Of a stretch of 64,000 nucleotides of DNA, positions 50,123 through 61,858 are shown piece after piece. The number at the start of each line of letters is the position of its first letter. The first letter of the stretch is position 1. Location: positions 256,001 through 320,000 of the forward strand of contig CAWAWS010000014.1 in assembly GCA_963785725.1 (NCBI GenBank), in the 5' to 3' direction. The notes beneath the pieces are model-generated. The model saw nothing but the letters and a program-made list of their open reading frames with translations, ran no database searches and was not told where the DNA came from. The position numbers and the translations under genes were made by a program. Source of the stretch: an uncultured delta proteobacterium (GTDB lineage Bacteria; Myxococcota_A; Polyangia; Palsa-1104).

Positions 50123-50623
50123 ATGGCCACCCCAGCGGACAAGCAATCCTCGGTCGCCGCCGCATATGACACGTTCGACGACTACCTGAAGCTCACGATC
50201 CAAGAGTACTACGAGCGGGGGTGGAAGAATCGGCGCGCCAACTTCATCGCGCTCTTGGTCGCGTCGGGACAGATGACGTCCGTCGCCAAAGACGCGGTCG
50301 CCGGCGACAAAGGGCTGCGCAACGTCGCCGTCGGCGCGGCGTCGGCCGTGGCGCTGCGTTTCGCGCTGCGTTGGGCGCTGGGCGGGCCGCTCGGCATCCT
50401 CATCACGGCCGCGACCGGCGCGTCGCTCGTCGCCTTCTTGATCCGCAATCAGAAGGAAATCTCGCAGAAGATCGGTCGCTTCCGCGAGCGCATCGCCGAG
50501 GAAAAGAAGAAGTTCGAGGAGATTCAGTCGGGTTATCGCGCCAACCGTTATGACGCGCGCGAACGCAACCTGATGGTCGACGGTCAGCTCAAGCGCTTCC
50601 TGAGCGATCTCGACGAAGCGTAA
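50123..50623 (+). CDS. Hypothetical protein (hydrophobic hairpin plus coiled coil)
   Basis: Clean ORF with GC3-biased codons; TATGAT ends 6 nt upstream. Confidence 0.75.
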   Translation: MATPADKQSSVAAAYDTFDDYLKLTIQEYYERGWKNRRANFIALLVASGQMTSVAKDAVAGDKGLRNVAVGAASAVALRFALRWALGGPLGILITAATGASLVAFLIRNQKEISQKIGRFRERIAEEKKKFEEIQSGYRANRYDARERNLMVDGQLKRFLSDLDEA

Positions 50624-50668
50624 GAAGCAGCACTCGCCGCGCCCACGCATTGCGCCTACAATGATCGT

Positions 50669-51328
50669 GTGGCGGGACTATTCGCCTTCGCGTTTTTGGT
50701 GGTGGCAGCGATCATCGCCTTCGGCGGCACCGGCATGGCGCTCGGGGGCGATCGTGTCCGCGATCGGCTGCTGGCGCGGCGCGGCTTGCGCTACCAGTGG
50801 ACCGTCCGCGTCGCCGACGTCGGCGACGGCTGCGACGTCAAGCTCGAAGGCGCCGCCGTTCCCGTCGACGGGCGCGGCTTGGAGGCGCCTTTCTCGCGCC
50901 GGCGCTGCGTCGCCTACGAGCTGACGCTGTTCGACCTCGACGGCGTGCGGCCGACGTTGCTGGCGCGCGAGGTCGTCGCCTGCCCGTTCCTCCTGCGCGA
51001 CGACAGCGGCACCGCGTACATCCTGCCGACGACGGCGCGCATCGGCATCCAGCCCGACAAGCAGTGGCGCTACGATCCGATTCGGCCGACGACGGCGCGC
51101 GTGGCCGCGCTGCTCGCCCGTCACGACGTCGCGGCGCGCGCGCAGGGCCGCACGCTGCTCGTCTGCGAAGGCGTGCTCGAGGTCGGCGTCGTCGTCGCGG
51201 TGTCGGGCCACGCGACGCAGGAGCTGGATCCGACGGCGCCGGCGCTCTATCGCACGGCGAGCACGCGCCCGCGGCTGACGGGCAGCGATTCGGCGCCGCT
51301 CCTGCTCGCGGCGTCGTCCGAAATCTGA
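50669..51328 (+). CDS. Membrane-anchored hypothetical protein, GIDE-like
   Basis: N-terminal TM; APFS.R.CVAY, PF.L.D.SG and EG.L..G..V.V.G pattern. Confidence 0.65.
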   Translation: MAGLFAFAFLVVAAIIAFGGTGMALGGDRVRDRLLARRGLRYQWTVRVADVGDGCDVKLEGAAVPVDGRGLEAPFSRRRCVAYELTLFDLDGVRPTLLAREVVACPFLLRDDSGTAYILPTTARIGIQPDKQWRYDPIRPTTARVAALLARHDVAARAQGRTLLVCEGVLEVGVVVAVSGHATQELDPTAPALYRTASTRPRLTGSDSAPLLLAASSEI

Positions 51329-51374
51329 CCGGGTCCGACGACCTGCGTGCCGGTGTGTTAAAATCGGCAGACAC

Positions 51375-52654
51375 ATGGAATTCGATTACGACGTCATCGT
51401 CGCTGGCGGCGGCCCCGCCGGCTCGTCGACGGCCAACTTCCTGCGCCAACGCCATCGCTCGGTCCTCGTCCTCGAACGCGAGGCGTTCCCGCGCTTTCAC
51501 ATCGGCGAGTCGATGCTGCCCTTCTCCAACGACATCTGGCGCGAGCTCGGTGTCTTCGAGCAGATCGATCGGCAGTACATCCACAAGCCGGGCGCCAAAT
51601 TCATCCACGAAGAGACCGGCCACGAGTTCACCTACTACTTCGACAACGCCATTCGCGCCGGCAATCCTTACGCCTATCAGGTCAAGCGCGCCGACTTCGA
51701 CAAGATGCTGCTCGATCACGCCGCGTCGCTCGGCGCCGTCGTCCGCGAGCGACACGCAAGTCGCCGACGTCGACTTCGCTGCCGACGGCGTAACCGTGCG
51801 CGCCGTCGGCCCCGACGGCCAGCGCTACGACGTGCGCGCGCCGCATATTCGTCGACGCCACCGGCCGTGACGCGCTCATCGCCGGCCGGCGCCAGCTCAA
51901 GGTCGCCGACGGCGTCATCACGACGAACGCCGCCGTGCACACGATGTTCCGCAACGTCGATCGCTCGCAAGGCGCCGACGAAGGCAACATCATTATCGGC
52001 CTCTTCGACGGCGGCTGGTGGTGGATGATCCCGTTCAACGACGGCGACACCTCGGTCGGCATCGTCTTCGAGAAGTCGTTCTCCAAAGCGCAGCGCGGCG
52101 CCTCGGCCGAGCAGATGATGCTGGACACCATCGCGCAGCTGCCTAATTTGCGTCGCTATTTGTCGTCGGCCGAGCGGCTCATTCCCGTCGGCGCGCAGGG
52201 CAACTGGAGCTATCGCTCGACGCAGTTTTTCGGCGAGCGGCTGCTCATGGTCGGCGACGCGGCGGCGTTCGTCGACCCGCTGTTTTCGACGGGCGTGCTC
52301 TTCGCCGTGCACGGCGCCAAGTTCGCCGCCGCGCACATCGATCGCGCGCTCGGCGACGGCGACTTCTCGGCGGCGAGCTTCCAGCCGTACCAAGACGAGT
52401 GCGTGCGCGGCATGGACCTCTTCAAAGGGCTGGTGCACGAGTTCTATTCGCAGAACCTGCGCAGCGTGCTCTTGGCCTCGGCGCGCAATCCGACGATCTG
52501 CTCGGTCATCACGTCGCTCTTGGCCGGCGACGTCTACAAGCCGGCGCTGTGGCAGTCGATGGTGCGCAACCAGGGCTTCTCCAATCGCACCGAAGTTGGC
52601 GAGATACCTCACGTTCGCTCCAGCCGACAAGTGAAGGCCGACAAGCTCGCTTGA
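51375..52654 (+). pseudogene. FAD-dependent halogenase-like oxidoreductase interrupted by two +1 frameshifts
   Basis: GGGPAG, FPRFHIGES, KPGA, VDATGR, WWWMIP, VGDAA.FVDPLFSTGV. Frame jumps near 51750 and 51841 (real or sequencing error). Confidence 0.8.
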
Positions 52655-52756
52655 CACTCGTTTTCCTTTAGTCACGAACAGTTGAACGATCGCGGTCGGA
52701 CCGCGTGACCATGCTCACTTGACGTACACGTCGCCGCGGGCCTAACTTGGCGCGTC

Positions 52757-54343
52757 ATGTCGTTGATTGGCCGCCGTATCGGCAATTACGAGATCAAGGC
52801 CAAGATAGGCGAAGGCGGCATGGGTGCCGTCTACCTCGGCGAGCACCCGCTCATCGGCAAGAAGGTCGCGATCAAAGTGCTCCTCGAGGAGCTCGCGTCC
52901 AAAGAAGACATCGTCGCGCGCTTCTTCAACGAAGCCAAAGCGGTCAACGACATCGGCCACACCAACATCGTCGACGTCGTCGACTTCGGCAAAACGACGG
53001 GCGAGCGCGGCGAAGCGATCGTCTACTTCATCATGGAGTTCCTCGAGGGCGATTCGCTCACGGCGCGCATCCATGGTCAGCCGATGCTGTTCAAGGACAC
53101 GCTGCACATCTTGTCGCAGTGCACGTCGGCGTTGGCCGCGTCGCACGCCAAAGGCGTCGTCCATCGCGATCTCAAGCCCGACAACATCTTCCTCGTCACG
53201 CGCGGCGGTGATCGCAGCTTCACCAAGCTGCTCGATTTCGGCATCGCCAAGCTGACCGGCGACGGCGTCTCGCAGTCGAACAAGACGCGCACCGGCCTCG
53301 TCATCGGCACGCCCACGTACATGAGCCCCGAGCAGTGTGAAGGCAAAGGGCACATCGATCATCGCAGCGACGTCTACTCGCTCGGCATCGTCATGTACGA
53401 GATGTTGACCGGCGTCGTGCCCTTCGTCGGCGAAGGCTTCGGCGAGATCTTGGTCGCGCACCTGACGAAGCAGCCGATGCCGCCGTCGCAGGTGAACCCG
53501 CGCGTCTCGCCCGAGCTGGAAGCGATCGTGCTCCACGCGATCGAAAAAGATCGCAACCGCCGCTTCCAGGACATGAACGAGTTCTTAGTCGCGCTGAGCG
53601 ATCCGGAAGCGCACGCGCGGCAGTGGCGGGGTTTGCCGGCGGCGGCGCCGACGCTGCAGCGGCCAGCCGACGCCTACGACGGACGCCGCGGGCCGACGTC
53701 GACGTCGGGGCCGGCGCGCGCGACGACGCTGGAAGGCGCGGCCGCCGAGGTCACGCGTTCGCCGTCGCCGCGTCGTTCCGGGCGGGCGCCGCTGTTGGCC
53801 GCGCTCGCCGTCGTCGCCATCGCGATCGGCGCCGGCGTCGTCGGCTTCACGAAGCTCGGCAGTCACGACGTGACGTCGGGCGCGAAGCCGCCGCTGCAGC
53901 CGCAAATACCGACGCCGCCGCAACCGGCGGAGATCTCGATCACGTTGTCGAGCGATCCGCCGGGCGCGCGCGTGCAGCGCGCCGATCGCGCCGAAGCGGA
54001 GACGCAGCGCACGCCGATCACGTTCAAGCTGCATCGCGGCGATCCGTCGTTCGACGTGCAGCTGCGGCTCGACGGCTTTGCCGCGCAAACGCGGACGGTC
54101 ACGACGGAGAACTCGGCGCGACTGCTCGTCACGCTGTCGCCGGTGGCGACGGTGACGCCGGTCGCCGCGCTGCCGGAAAAGGCGCCGGCGAACGCCACGA
54201 AGGACGCGCACGTCAAGGCGCCGTCACATCATGTTTCGACGCATTCCTCGTCGCCGAAGCCGCCGAAGAAGGCGAGCGAGACGCCGGCGCATCCGAGCCT
54301 CGATGATGAGGACATGCGAATCATTCCGCCCGACTTCAAGTGA
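52757..54343 (+). CDS. Hanks-type Ser/Thr kinase, TM helix, extracellular PEGA-like domain
   Basis: GEGGMG, VAIK, HRDLKPDN, DFG, YMSPEQ and DVYSLG; SDPPGA. Confidence 0.95.
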   Translation: MSLIGRRIGNYEIKAKIGEGGMGAVYLGEHPLIGKKVAIKVLLEELASKEDIVARFFNEAKAVNDIGHTNIVDVVDFGKTTGERGEAIVYFIMEFLEGDSLTARIHGQPMLFKDTLHILSQCTSALAASHAKGVVHRDLKPDNIFLVTRGGDRSFTKLLDFGIAKLTGDGVSQSNKTRTGLVIGTPTYMSPEQCEGKGHIDHRSDVYSLGIVMYEMLTGVVPFVGEGFGEILVAHLTKQPMPPSQVNPRVSPELEAIVLHAIEKDRNRRFQDMNEFLVALSDPEAHARQWRGLPAAAPTLQRPADAYDGRRGPTSTSGPARATTLEGAAAEVTRSPSPRRSGRAPLLAALAVVAIAIGAGVVGFTKLGSHDVTSGAKPPLQPQIPTPPQPAEISITLSSDPPGARVQRADRAEAETQRTPITFKLHRGDPSFDVQLRLDGFAAQTRTVTTENSARLLVTLSPVATVTPVAALPEKAPANATKDAHVKAPSHHVSTHSSSPKPPKKASETPAHPSLDDEDMRIIPPDFK

Positions 54344-54430
54344 CGCTGGAAGTGGGCACTTCGTCTTGAACTACAATGCAGCGCGAGTTACACTGAATCG
54401 CTCGGCTTTTATGCCGCGGGTGGGACGGCC

Positions 54431-56092
<1,662 letters not shown>

Positions 56093-56109
56093 TCGCCGTA
56101 AGCGTTACG

Positions 56110-57204
56110 TCAGCCGAGTCGCCCGCCTAGCCAGCTTCGTCCCAACACCCGCTCGAAGAACCAGAACGTCGACAGCAGCAGCAGGATGACGCTGCCGCCG
56201 CGACGCACGCGCTCCGCCAGGCCCAGCCGCGGCACCAGCCACAACAAGAGCGGCGCCACCGCGGCCACGACGCACAATTGACCCAGCTCGACGCCGACGT
56301 TGAAGCTGACCAGCGACGGGACGACGCCCGACGGCGGCAGCCCGATCTCCTGCAGCACCGAGGCGAAGCCGAAGCCGTGGATGAGCCCGAAGCAAAACGT
56401 CAGCAGCCAGCGGCGGCGCGGCTCGGGCACGACGAGGTTCTCGACGGCGACGTAGGCGATGCTCAGCGCGATGGCCGGCTCGACGATGTGGCTCGGCAGC
56501 CGCACGATGCCGAGGCCGGCGCAGATGAGCGTGACCGAATGGGCGACGGTGAACGCGGTGACGATGCCGAGCGTGTAGCGCGCGCCGCGCTTGAGCCCGC
56601 GCGCCGCGGCGACGAGCATGAGGCCGAACAGGAACGACAGGTGATCGTAGCCGGTGAAGATGTGCTCCATGCCGAGCACGAGGTAGTCGCGCAGGTGATC
56701 GACGAGCGTCACCGGCCGATCGAGCTTCAGCGTGTTGGCGGCGCCGCGAAAGACGTGCTGCCGCTCGGGCTGTCCCGGCAGCGTGACGCGCGCCAGCCCT
56801 TGGTGCATGGGATCGATGTCGAAGAAGAGGTCGTATTCGATCGTCAGATCGGCGGCCGTGCGCTTGCAACGATAGTCGACGTCGGTGACGGCGAAGAAGC
56901 CGTCCGATTTGTCGGCGAACGAGAGCGCGCGCGTCACCGGCGGGCAGTCGGCTTCGCCGTTGCGGACGTGGACGTGGCTGGCGGCGTAGTCGAGCAGCGT
57001 GGCCTGCGCGGCGGTCGCTTCGGCGCGCGTGACCGGCCGTTCGCGCGCGATCCCGACGGCCGGCGCCAGATCGCGATCGGCGATCTGCAGCGTCACCCGC
57101 GCGTCATGTCCGGCGACGGCGATCTCGACGTAGGTGAGGCTCGACGTGTGCGCCTCGGCGACCCCGCAGACGAGGAGCACGAGCGCAGCGGGAGCGCGGC
57201 GCAT
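56110..57204 (-). CDS. HupE/UreJ-like membrane protein
   Basis: AEAH signal; GMEHIFTGYDHL.FL, TAFTVAHSVTL, FGLIHGFGFA and FNVGVELGQ. Confidence 0.9.
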   Translation of the reverse strand: MRRAPAALVLLVCGVAEAHTSSLTYVEIAVAGHDARVTLQIADRDLAPAVGIARERPVTRAEATAAQATLLDYAASHVHVRNGEADCPPVTRALSFADKSDGFFAVTDVDYRCKRTAADLTIEYDLFFDIDPMHQGLARVTLPGQPERQHVFRGAANTLKLDRPVTLVDHLRDYLVLGMEHIFTGYDHLSFLFGLMLVAAARGLKRGARYTLGIVTAFTVAHSVTLICAGLGIVRLPSHIVEPAIALSIAYVAVENLVVPEPRRRWLLTFCFGLIHGFGFASVLQEIGLPPSGVVPSLVSFNVGVELGQLCVVAAVAPLLLWLVPRLGLAERVRRGGSVILLLLSTFWFFERVLGRSWLGGRLG

Positions 57205-57218
57205 CGGGAAATTCGTGA

Positions 57219-57542
57219 CTAGTTTCGCATCGAAGCGGCGGCGGCGTACTCTTGCGCCCGCTGCACGATCACGCGCGGATCGACGTCGAGCTGGATGCCG
57301 AGCACCTGCGTGACCAGGAAGTAGATCGCGCCCACCGCCAAGATCAGCGTGATGAACGCGCCCATCGCGATGGCGGTGAACAGGCCGAGGCCGGCGATGG
57401 TGGCGCTGGCGAGGATGAGGCGCGTGCCGGCGGAGCGTTGGCTGACCATGGTCGGCGTGAAGATCTGCATCACGTCGCTGCCGCTGGTCTTTTCGCCTAA
57501 CTGACCGAGCAGGCGCCGCAGAAACGTCAAGGGCGAACGCAT
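57219..57542 (-). CDS. Small hypothetical membrane protein
   Basis: Long hydrophobic segment; TAGGAT ends 6 nt upstream. Confidence 0.65.
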   Translation of the reverse strand: MRSPLTFLRRLLGQLGEKTSGSDVMQIFTPTMVSQRSAGTRLILASATIAGLGLFTAIAMGAFITLILAVGAIYFLVTQVLGIQLDVDPRVIVQRAQEYAAAASMRN

Positions 57543-57568
57543 AGGATCATCCTAACCGATTCGGCGCC

Positions 57569-57597
57569 TTGACGCACGTCGAGGTCGAGATTAGCTT
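57569..57597 (+). promoter_or_regulatory. sigma70-like promoter for dnaJ
   Basis: TTGACG-N17-TAGCTT. Confidence 0.55.
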
Positions 57598-57611
57598 ACG
57601 CGGAAGTCCGT

Positions 57612-58745
57612 ATGCAGGTCGAGAAGCGCGATTACTACGAAGTGCTCGGTTTGCAGCGCGGCTGCGAAGTGAGCGAAATCAAAAAGTCCTACCGACGGTT
57701 GGCGATGGACCATCATCCCGACCGCAATCCCGGCGATCACGCGGCCGAAGAGCGGTTCAAGGAGCTGGCGGAGGCCTACCAGATCCTGTCCGATCCCGAG
57801 CGACGCGAGCTCTACGATCGTTACGGCCACGCGGGTCCGCAGCGGCAGTCGGGCTTCCAAGGCTTCAGCGGCGTCGAGGATATCCTGTCGCAGTTCGCCG
57901 ACTTCTTTGGCGGCGGTGGCGGGGGTCGCCGTGGTCCGCGCGTCGAGCAGGGCGACGACCTGCAGGAAGAGCTGACCATCTCGTTCCGCGAGGCGGCCAA
58001 AGGCGCCCAGAAGACCTTCGATCTGACGCGGCTCGTGCATTGCGCCACCTGCCACGGCTCGGGCGCGAAGGCAGGCTCGCATCCGACGTCGTGCGGCACG
58101 TGCGGCGGTCGCGGCCAGGTCGCGCACAATCAGGGCATCTTCATGATCGCGACCACGTGCCCGACCTGTCGGGGTCGCGGCAGCGTCGTCAAAGACAAGT
58201 GCGGCGAGTGCAAGGGCGGCGGCGTCGAGCGCAAGAAGGAGTCGGTCACCGTCAACGTGCCGCCGGGCATCGACGAGGGCCAGACGCTGCGCGTGCCGGG
58301 CAAAGGCCAGGCCGGTCCGTCGGGCGGTCCGCCGGGACATTTGTACGTCACCTTCCACGTCGAGCCGGATGCGCGCTTCGAGCGTGAAGGCGACAATTTG
58401 TATACCGAAGTGCCGTTGACGTTCGCGCAGGCGACGCTGGGCACGCGCGTGTCGGTGCCGACGATCGACGAAGCCGTCGAGCTCGAGGTGCCGGCGGGAA
58501 CGCAGCCGGGCACGATTCGCGTGCTGCGCGGCCGCGGCATGCCGAACGTGCACGGGCGCGGCGTCGGCGACTTGGCGGTGCGGCTGACGGTCGCGGTGCC
58601 GAAGAAGCTCAATGCCGAGCAGCGGGCGCTGATCGAGCAGCTGGCGAGCGTGCTCGATCCGGCGGAGACGACGGTCGCGGCCAGCGCCGGCAACGACGAG
58701 GATGAAGGCTTCTCGCTGTTTCGGCGGAAGAAGAAGAAGCGGTAG
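57612..58745 (+). CDS. dnaJ: Chaperone DnaJ
   Basis: J-domain HPD, G/F region and four CxxCxGxG zinc-finger repeats. Confidence 0.96.
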   Translation: MQVEKRDYYEVLGLQRGCEVSEIKKSYRRLAMDHHPDRNPGDHAAEERFKELAEAYQILSDPERRELYDRYGHAGPQRQSGFQGFSGVEDILSQFADFFGGGGGGRRGPRVEQGDDLQEELTISFREAAKGAQKTFDLTRLVHCATCHGSGAKAGSHPTSCGTCGGRGQVAHNQGIFMIATTCPTCRGRGSVVKDKCGECKGGGVERKKESVTVNVPPGIDEGQTLRVPGKGQAGPSGGPPGHLYVTFHVEPDARFEREGDNLYTEVPLTFAQATLGTRVSVPTIDEAVELEVPAGTQPGTIRVLRGRGMPNVHGRGVGDLAVRLTVAVPKKLNAEQRALIEQLASVLDPAETTVAASAGNDEDEGFSLFRRKKKKR

Positions 58746-58784
58746 TCGCGGCGGCGCGCGCCGCCAGGCTAAGTAAACGGTCGG

Positions 58785-61112
58785 TTACTTATGGGCCGGC
58801 CGCGGCGGCGTCGGCAGCGGGAGCGGCGGAATGCGCGTCTCCGTCGTGCCGTACAGCCACGAGTAGGCGAAATACGTCCCCAACACGCGCTTCGTATAGC
58901 CGCGCGTCTCGTCGTAGGGAATGGCCTCGACGAACTCGTCCAGCGTCAGCCCGGCCCGCTCCGGATCGCGCAGCCACTTGTTGACGGCGCCTTCGCCCGC
59001 GTTGTAACCGGCGATGGCCAGCGCCGCGTTGCCGCCGTAGGCGCCCCACAGCTGCCCGAGCTCGCGCGCGCCGATGGTCACGTTGATCGCCGGATCGCGC
59101 AGCGACTTGGGATCGTGCGGCAGGCCGTTGGCGAAGCGCGCCGCCGGTGCCGCCGTCAGCTGCGTGAGGCCGACCGCGTTGGCGAACGACTCCATCAGCG
59201 GATCGAACGCCGACTCCTCGCGCACGATCGACATCTCCAGCGTCGCCGGCTGCCCGGTCAGGGCCGTGTTCTTCTCGATGAGCTCGCGAAACGCGCGCGG
59301 ATAGCTGAGCAGCCAGCGCTTCTTGTTCGCGCCCACCGGCCATTCGCGCTCGTAGGCCGTCAACACGTGCCGCGGGATGAAGTGCGAGATCGAATATTCG
59401 CCGGCGCGATCGTAGAGCACCGCTGCCAGCCACAGCAGATCTTCCTGATCTTCGTCGGCGTTCTCGAGCGGCGCGCGCTTCTTGGGCACGTCGATGCCGG
59501 CCAGCGCCAGCTCGCGCTTGGCCTCGGCGCCGAGGCCGAGGCGCGCCAGCTCGACGCCGCGGCGAAACGCCGGCTCGCCGAAGAGCGCGCGCGAACGGAA
59601 GCGCCAGTCGCTGCCTTCGCCGTCGCCGCGCGGCGGATCTTTCGTCAGCTCGGCGACGAGCGCGTCGGCCGCCTGCGGCCACTTCTCGCGCAGCCGATTG
59701 AACGACTGCAGCGCGTAATACGACAGCGGATACTCGCGAATCGCACGCGCATAGAGCTCGGCGGCGCCGGTCGCGTCATTGCTCTTGTCGGCGACGCGGG
59801 CGAGCCAATAGAGCGTCCGGCCCGCTTCCCACCAGCCCTCTTCGCGCGGCAGCTTTTGCAGCTCGTCGGACAGCCACTTCTTGGCGCCTTCGAGATCGCC
59901 TTTGCGCCACGCGCGAAACGCCAGTCGCCATAAGGCTTCGCCGCGCTGGTCACCGTTGGCGAACGCCGCCGGCAGACCCGACAGCAGCTCGGCCGCCTTG
60001 GCGTCCTCCTTCAGCGTGTCATAGAGCTCGGCCTCGCGCAGTCGCGCGTCGTCGGCGTAGCTGTGCAGCGGATGCTCGCGCCAAACCCGCTCCAGCAGCG
60101 CCGCCGCTTTGTGCGTCGCCGCCACGTCGTCCGTGCCTTTTTGTCCCCAGCTGCGCCCGGCTTGGTAGAGCGCCTTGACCGTCAGATCTTCGTCCTTCGC
60201 CTTTTGACAGGCTTCGACGGCCGCATCGAACAGCGGCGCCGAACGCCAACGCTGCCGCGCCTTGAACGCGCTCTGCGCCTCGTGGAACGACGAAATACAG
60301 CCCAGCTTGTCGTCGGCTCCGGGCGCGGCGCGCACTTTTTTCCACTCGGCCTCGGCCTCGGCGTTGCGCATGGCGTCGAACAGCACCATCGCCCGTCGCG
60401 CCAGCTCGTCGGCGGTGAACTGCGGATTGGGCCCGAGGTGAGCTGCCGCCTGCTTGCCCCACGTATCGGCCGGCGAGTCGAGATAGAGCGTGCGCCATTC
60501 GATCTTGGCCGCGTCGTGATCGCCGATGATGTCGAGCGCCTCGGCCAGCCGCGAACGCGCTTCGGGCGCGCGCCAACCGTCGGGATACTCCTTCAAATAG
60601 CCGCGATATTCGGTCGCGGCCTCGGCGTTGTGCCCGCTCAGCCGCTCGGCTTCGCCGCGGAGGAACCGCGCTTCGCCATCGAGCGCGCTCTCCGACGGAA
60701 TTCTTTTGGCGCGATCGAGCGCCTGAGCTGCCTGTTGCGCCTGCAAATAGGCGCGCGCCGCGAACAGCCGCTCGTAGTCGATGAGCAGCGGATAGGTCTT
60801 CACCAGCGAATCGAAGTGCTGCGCGGCGTCGTTGAAATGCCCGGCCTTCAATTCCGCGTAAGCGAGCAGAAACGTCGCCTGCTTCAGATCTTTGGCGCGC
60901 GGATGCGACTTTACATAGGCGTAGAAGGCTTGGGCCGCTTTGGGCCACTCCTCGAGCCGCAGCGCCGCCGCGCCTGCGGCCGCGCCACCGTCGGTAAAGT
61001 AGGGCACGGCCGAGGTCGGATCGAAGGCCACGGGCTTGCCTTCCGCCGCCACGGCTGCGCGCGCAATGTAAAGAGATGCAACCAGGACGCAGGCCGAGCG
61101 GTCGATCCGCAC
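58785..61112 (-). CDS. TPR-containing soluble lytic transglycosylase (Slt70-like)
   Basis: TPR helices; IVREES.F, AVGLTQL, GYNAG and IPYDETRGY. Start uncertain. Confidence 0.9.
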   Translation of the reverse strand: MRIDRSACVLVASLYIARAAVAAEGKPVAFDPTSAVPYFTDGGAAAGAAALRLEEWPKAAQAFYAYVKSHPRAKDLKQATFLLAYAELKAGHFNDAAQHFDSLVKTYPLLIDYERLFAARAYLQAQQAAQALDRAKRIPSESALDGEARFLRGEAERLSGHNAEAATEYRGYLKEYPDGWRAPEARSRLAEALDIIGDHDAAKIEWRTLYLDSPADTWGKQAAAHLGPNPQFTADELARRAMVLFDAMRNAEAEAEWKKVRAAPGADDKLGCISSFHEAQSAFKARQRWRSAPLFDAAVEACQKAKDEDLTVKALYQAGRSWGQKGTDDVAATHKAAALLERVWREHPLHSYADDARLREAELYDTLKEDAKAAELLSGLPAAFANGDQRGEALWRLAFRAWRKGDLEGAKKWLSDELQKLPREEGWWEAGRTLYWLARVADKSNDATGAAELYARAIREYPLSYYALQSFNRLREKWPQAADALVAELTKDPPRGDGEGSDWRFRSRALFGEPAFRRGVELARLGLGAEAKRELALAGIDVPKKRAPLENADEDQEDLLWLAAVLYDRAGEYSISHFIPRHVLTAYEREWPVGANKKRWLLSYPRAFRELIEKNTALTGQPATLEMSIVREESAFDPLMESFANAVGLTQLTAAPAARFANGLPHDPKSLRDPAINVTIGARELGQLWGAYGGNAALAIAGYNAGEGAVNKWLRDPERAGLTLDEFVEAIPYDETRGYTKRVLGTYFAYSWLYGTTETRIPPLPLPTPPRPAHK

Positions 61113-61171
61113 GTGTACGAGGCTAACAGCGCGCGACCGACGCAGCAATCATTGGCTCGGCCATTGCTGTC

Positions 61172-61669
61172 ATGACGATCGTGGCTCGTACGTCGTCGTT
61201 GCTCCTGTTTGTCATTTTGTCGGCCTTTTCGCCGCGCGCCGAAGCGGACTCAGTCGAGCTGCAGGGCGTCGACGCGCGCGGCAACGCGTTCGACCTGGCG
61301 ACGCTGCGCGGCAGCGTCGTCGCCATCACCTTCGTCAGCCGCTACACGCAGGACGAAGCCATGCGCATACACGACATCCTCGGTGCACACGCCGACGTGA
61401 AGGTCGTCTCTATCGTCGATTTCGTCGGCATTCCCGAGCTCGTGTTCGACTTCGTGCGCCGCAAAGTGGCCGAGGCCGACGGACGCGTGCAGCACTTGTG
61501 CGACGAGCACGGCGAGCTCGGCCGCCGCTTCAACACGCAGCCCGACAAGCGCGTCGACATCCTCGTCATTGGGCGCGACGGCGGCTTGCGCGGCCGCTTT
61601 GTTGGGCTGGCGCAGCTGGAAGGTGCGCGGCGGCTCATCGAGGCGGCGCGGGTGCAGGCTTCGCGATAG
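61172..61669 (+). CDS. Exported thioredoxin-fold/redoxin-like hypothetical protein (no CxxC)
   Basis: Signal peptide ending AEA; DARG..FDL..LRG.V, D..G.L...F and VIGRDG. Confidence 0.6.
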   Translation: MTIVARTSSLLLFVILSAFSPRAEADSVELQGVDARGNAFDLATLRGSVVAITFVSRYTQDEAMRIHDILGAHADVKVVSIVDFVGIPELVFDFVRRKVAEADGRVQHLCDEHGELGRRFNTQPDKRVDILVIGRDGGLRGRFVGLAQLEGARRLIEAARVQASR

Positions 61670-61858
61670 CGCTCCGCTGGGATGTGCTGCGCGCGGCTGC
61701 GCTGCGCGCGTCAAGGCTCCGCTGGGATCATCGCTGCGCGGCTTTTGCGCTGGGGGCGCGATAGGGACGCCGTGAGGTTACGAGAGCGCGGGTTGGATGG
61801 GGAGGTCACGCACTTGGAGTGCGACGTCCGCGGCCGGAAGCGGTGCGACGAGTTGGGA

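Noticed and set aside
57543..57611. CIRCE or heat-shock operon at dnaJ
   Set aside because: No TTAGCACTC-N9-GAGTGCTAA, and no dnaK, grpE or hrcA nearby.
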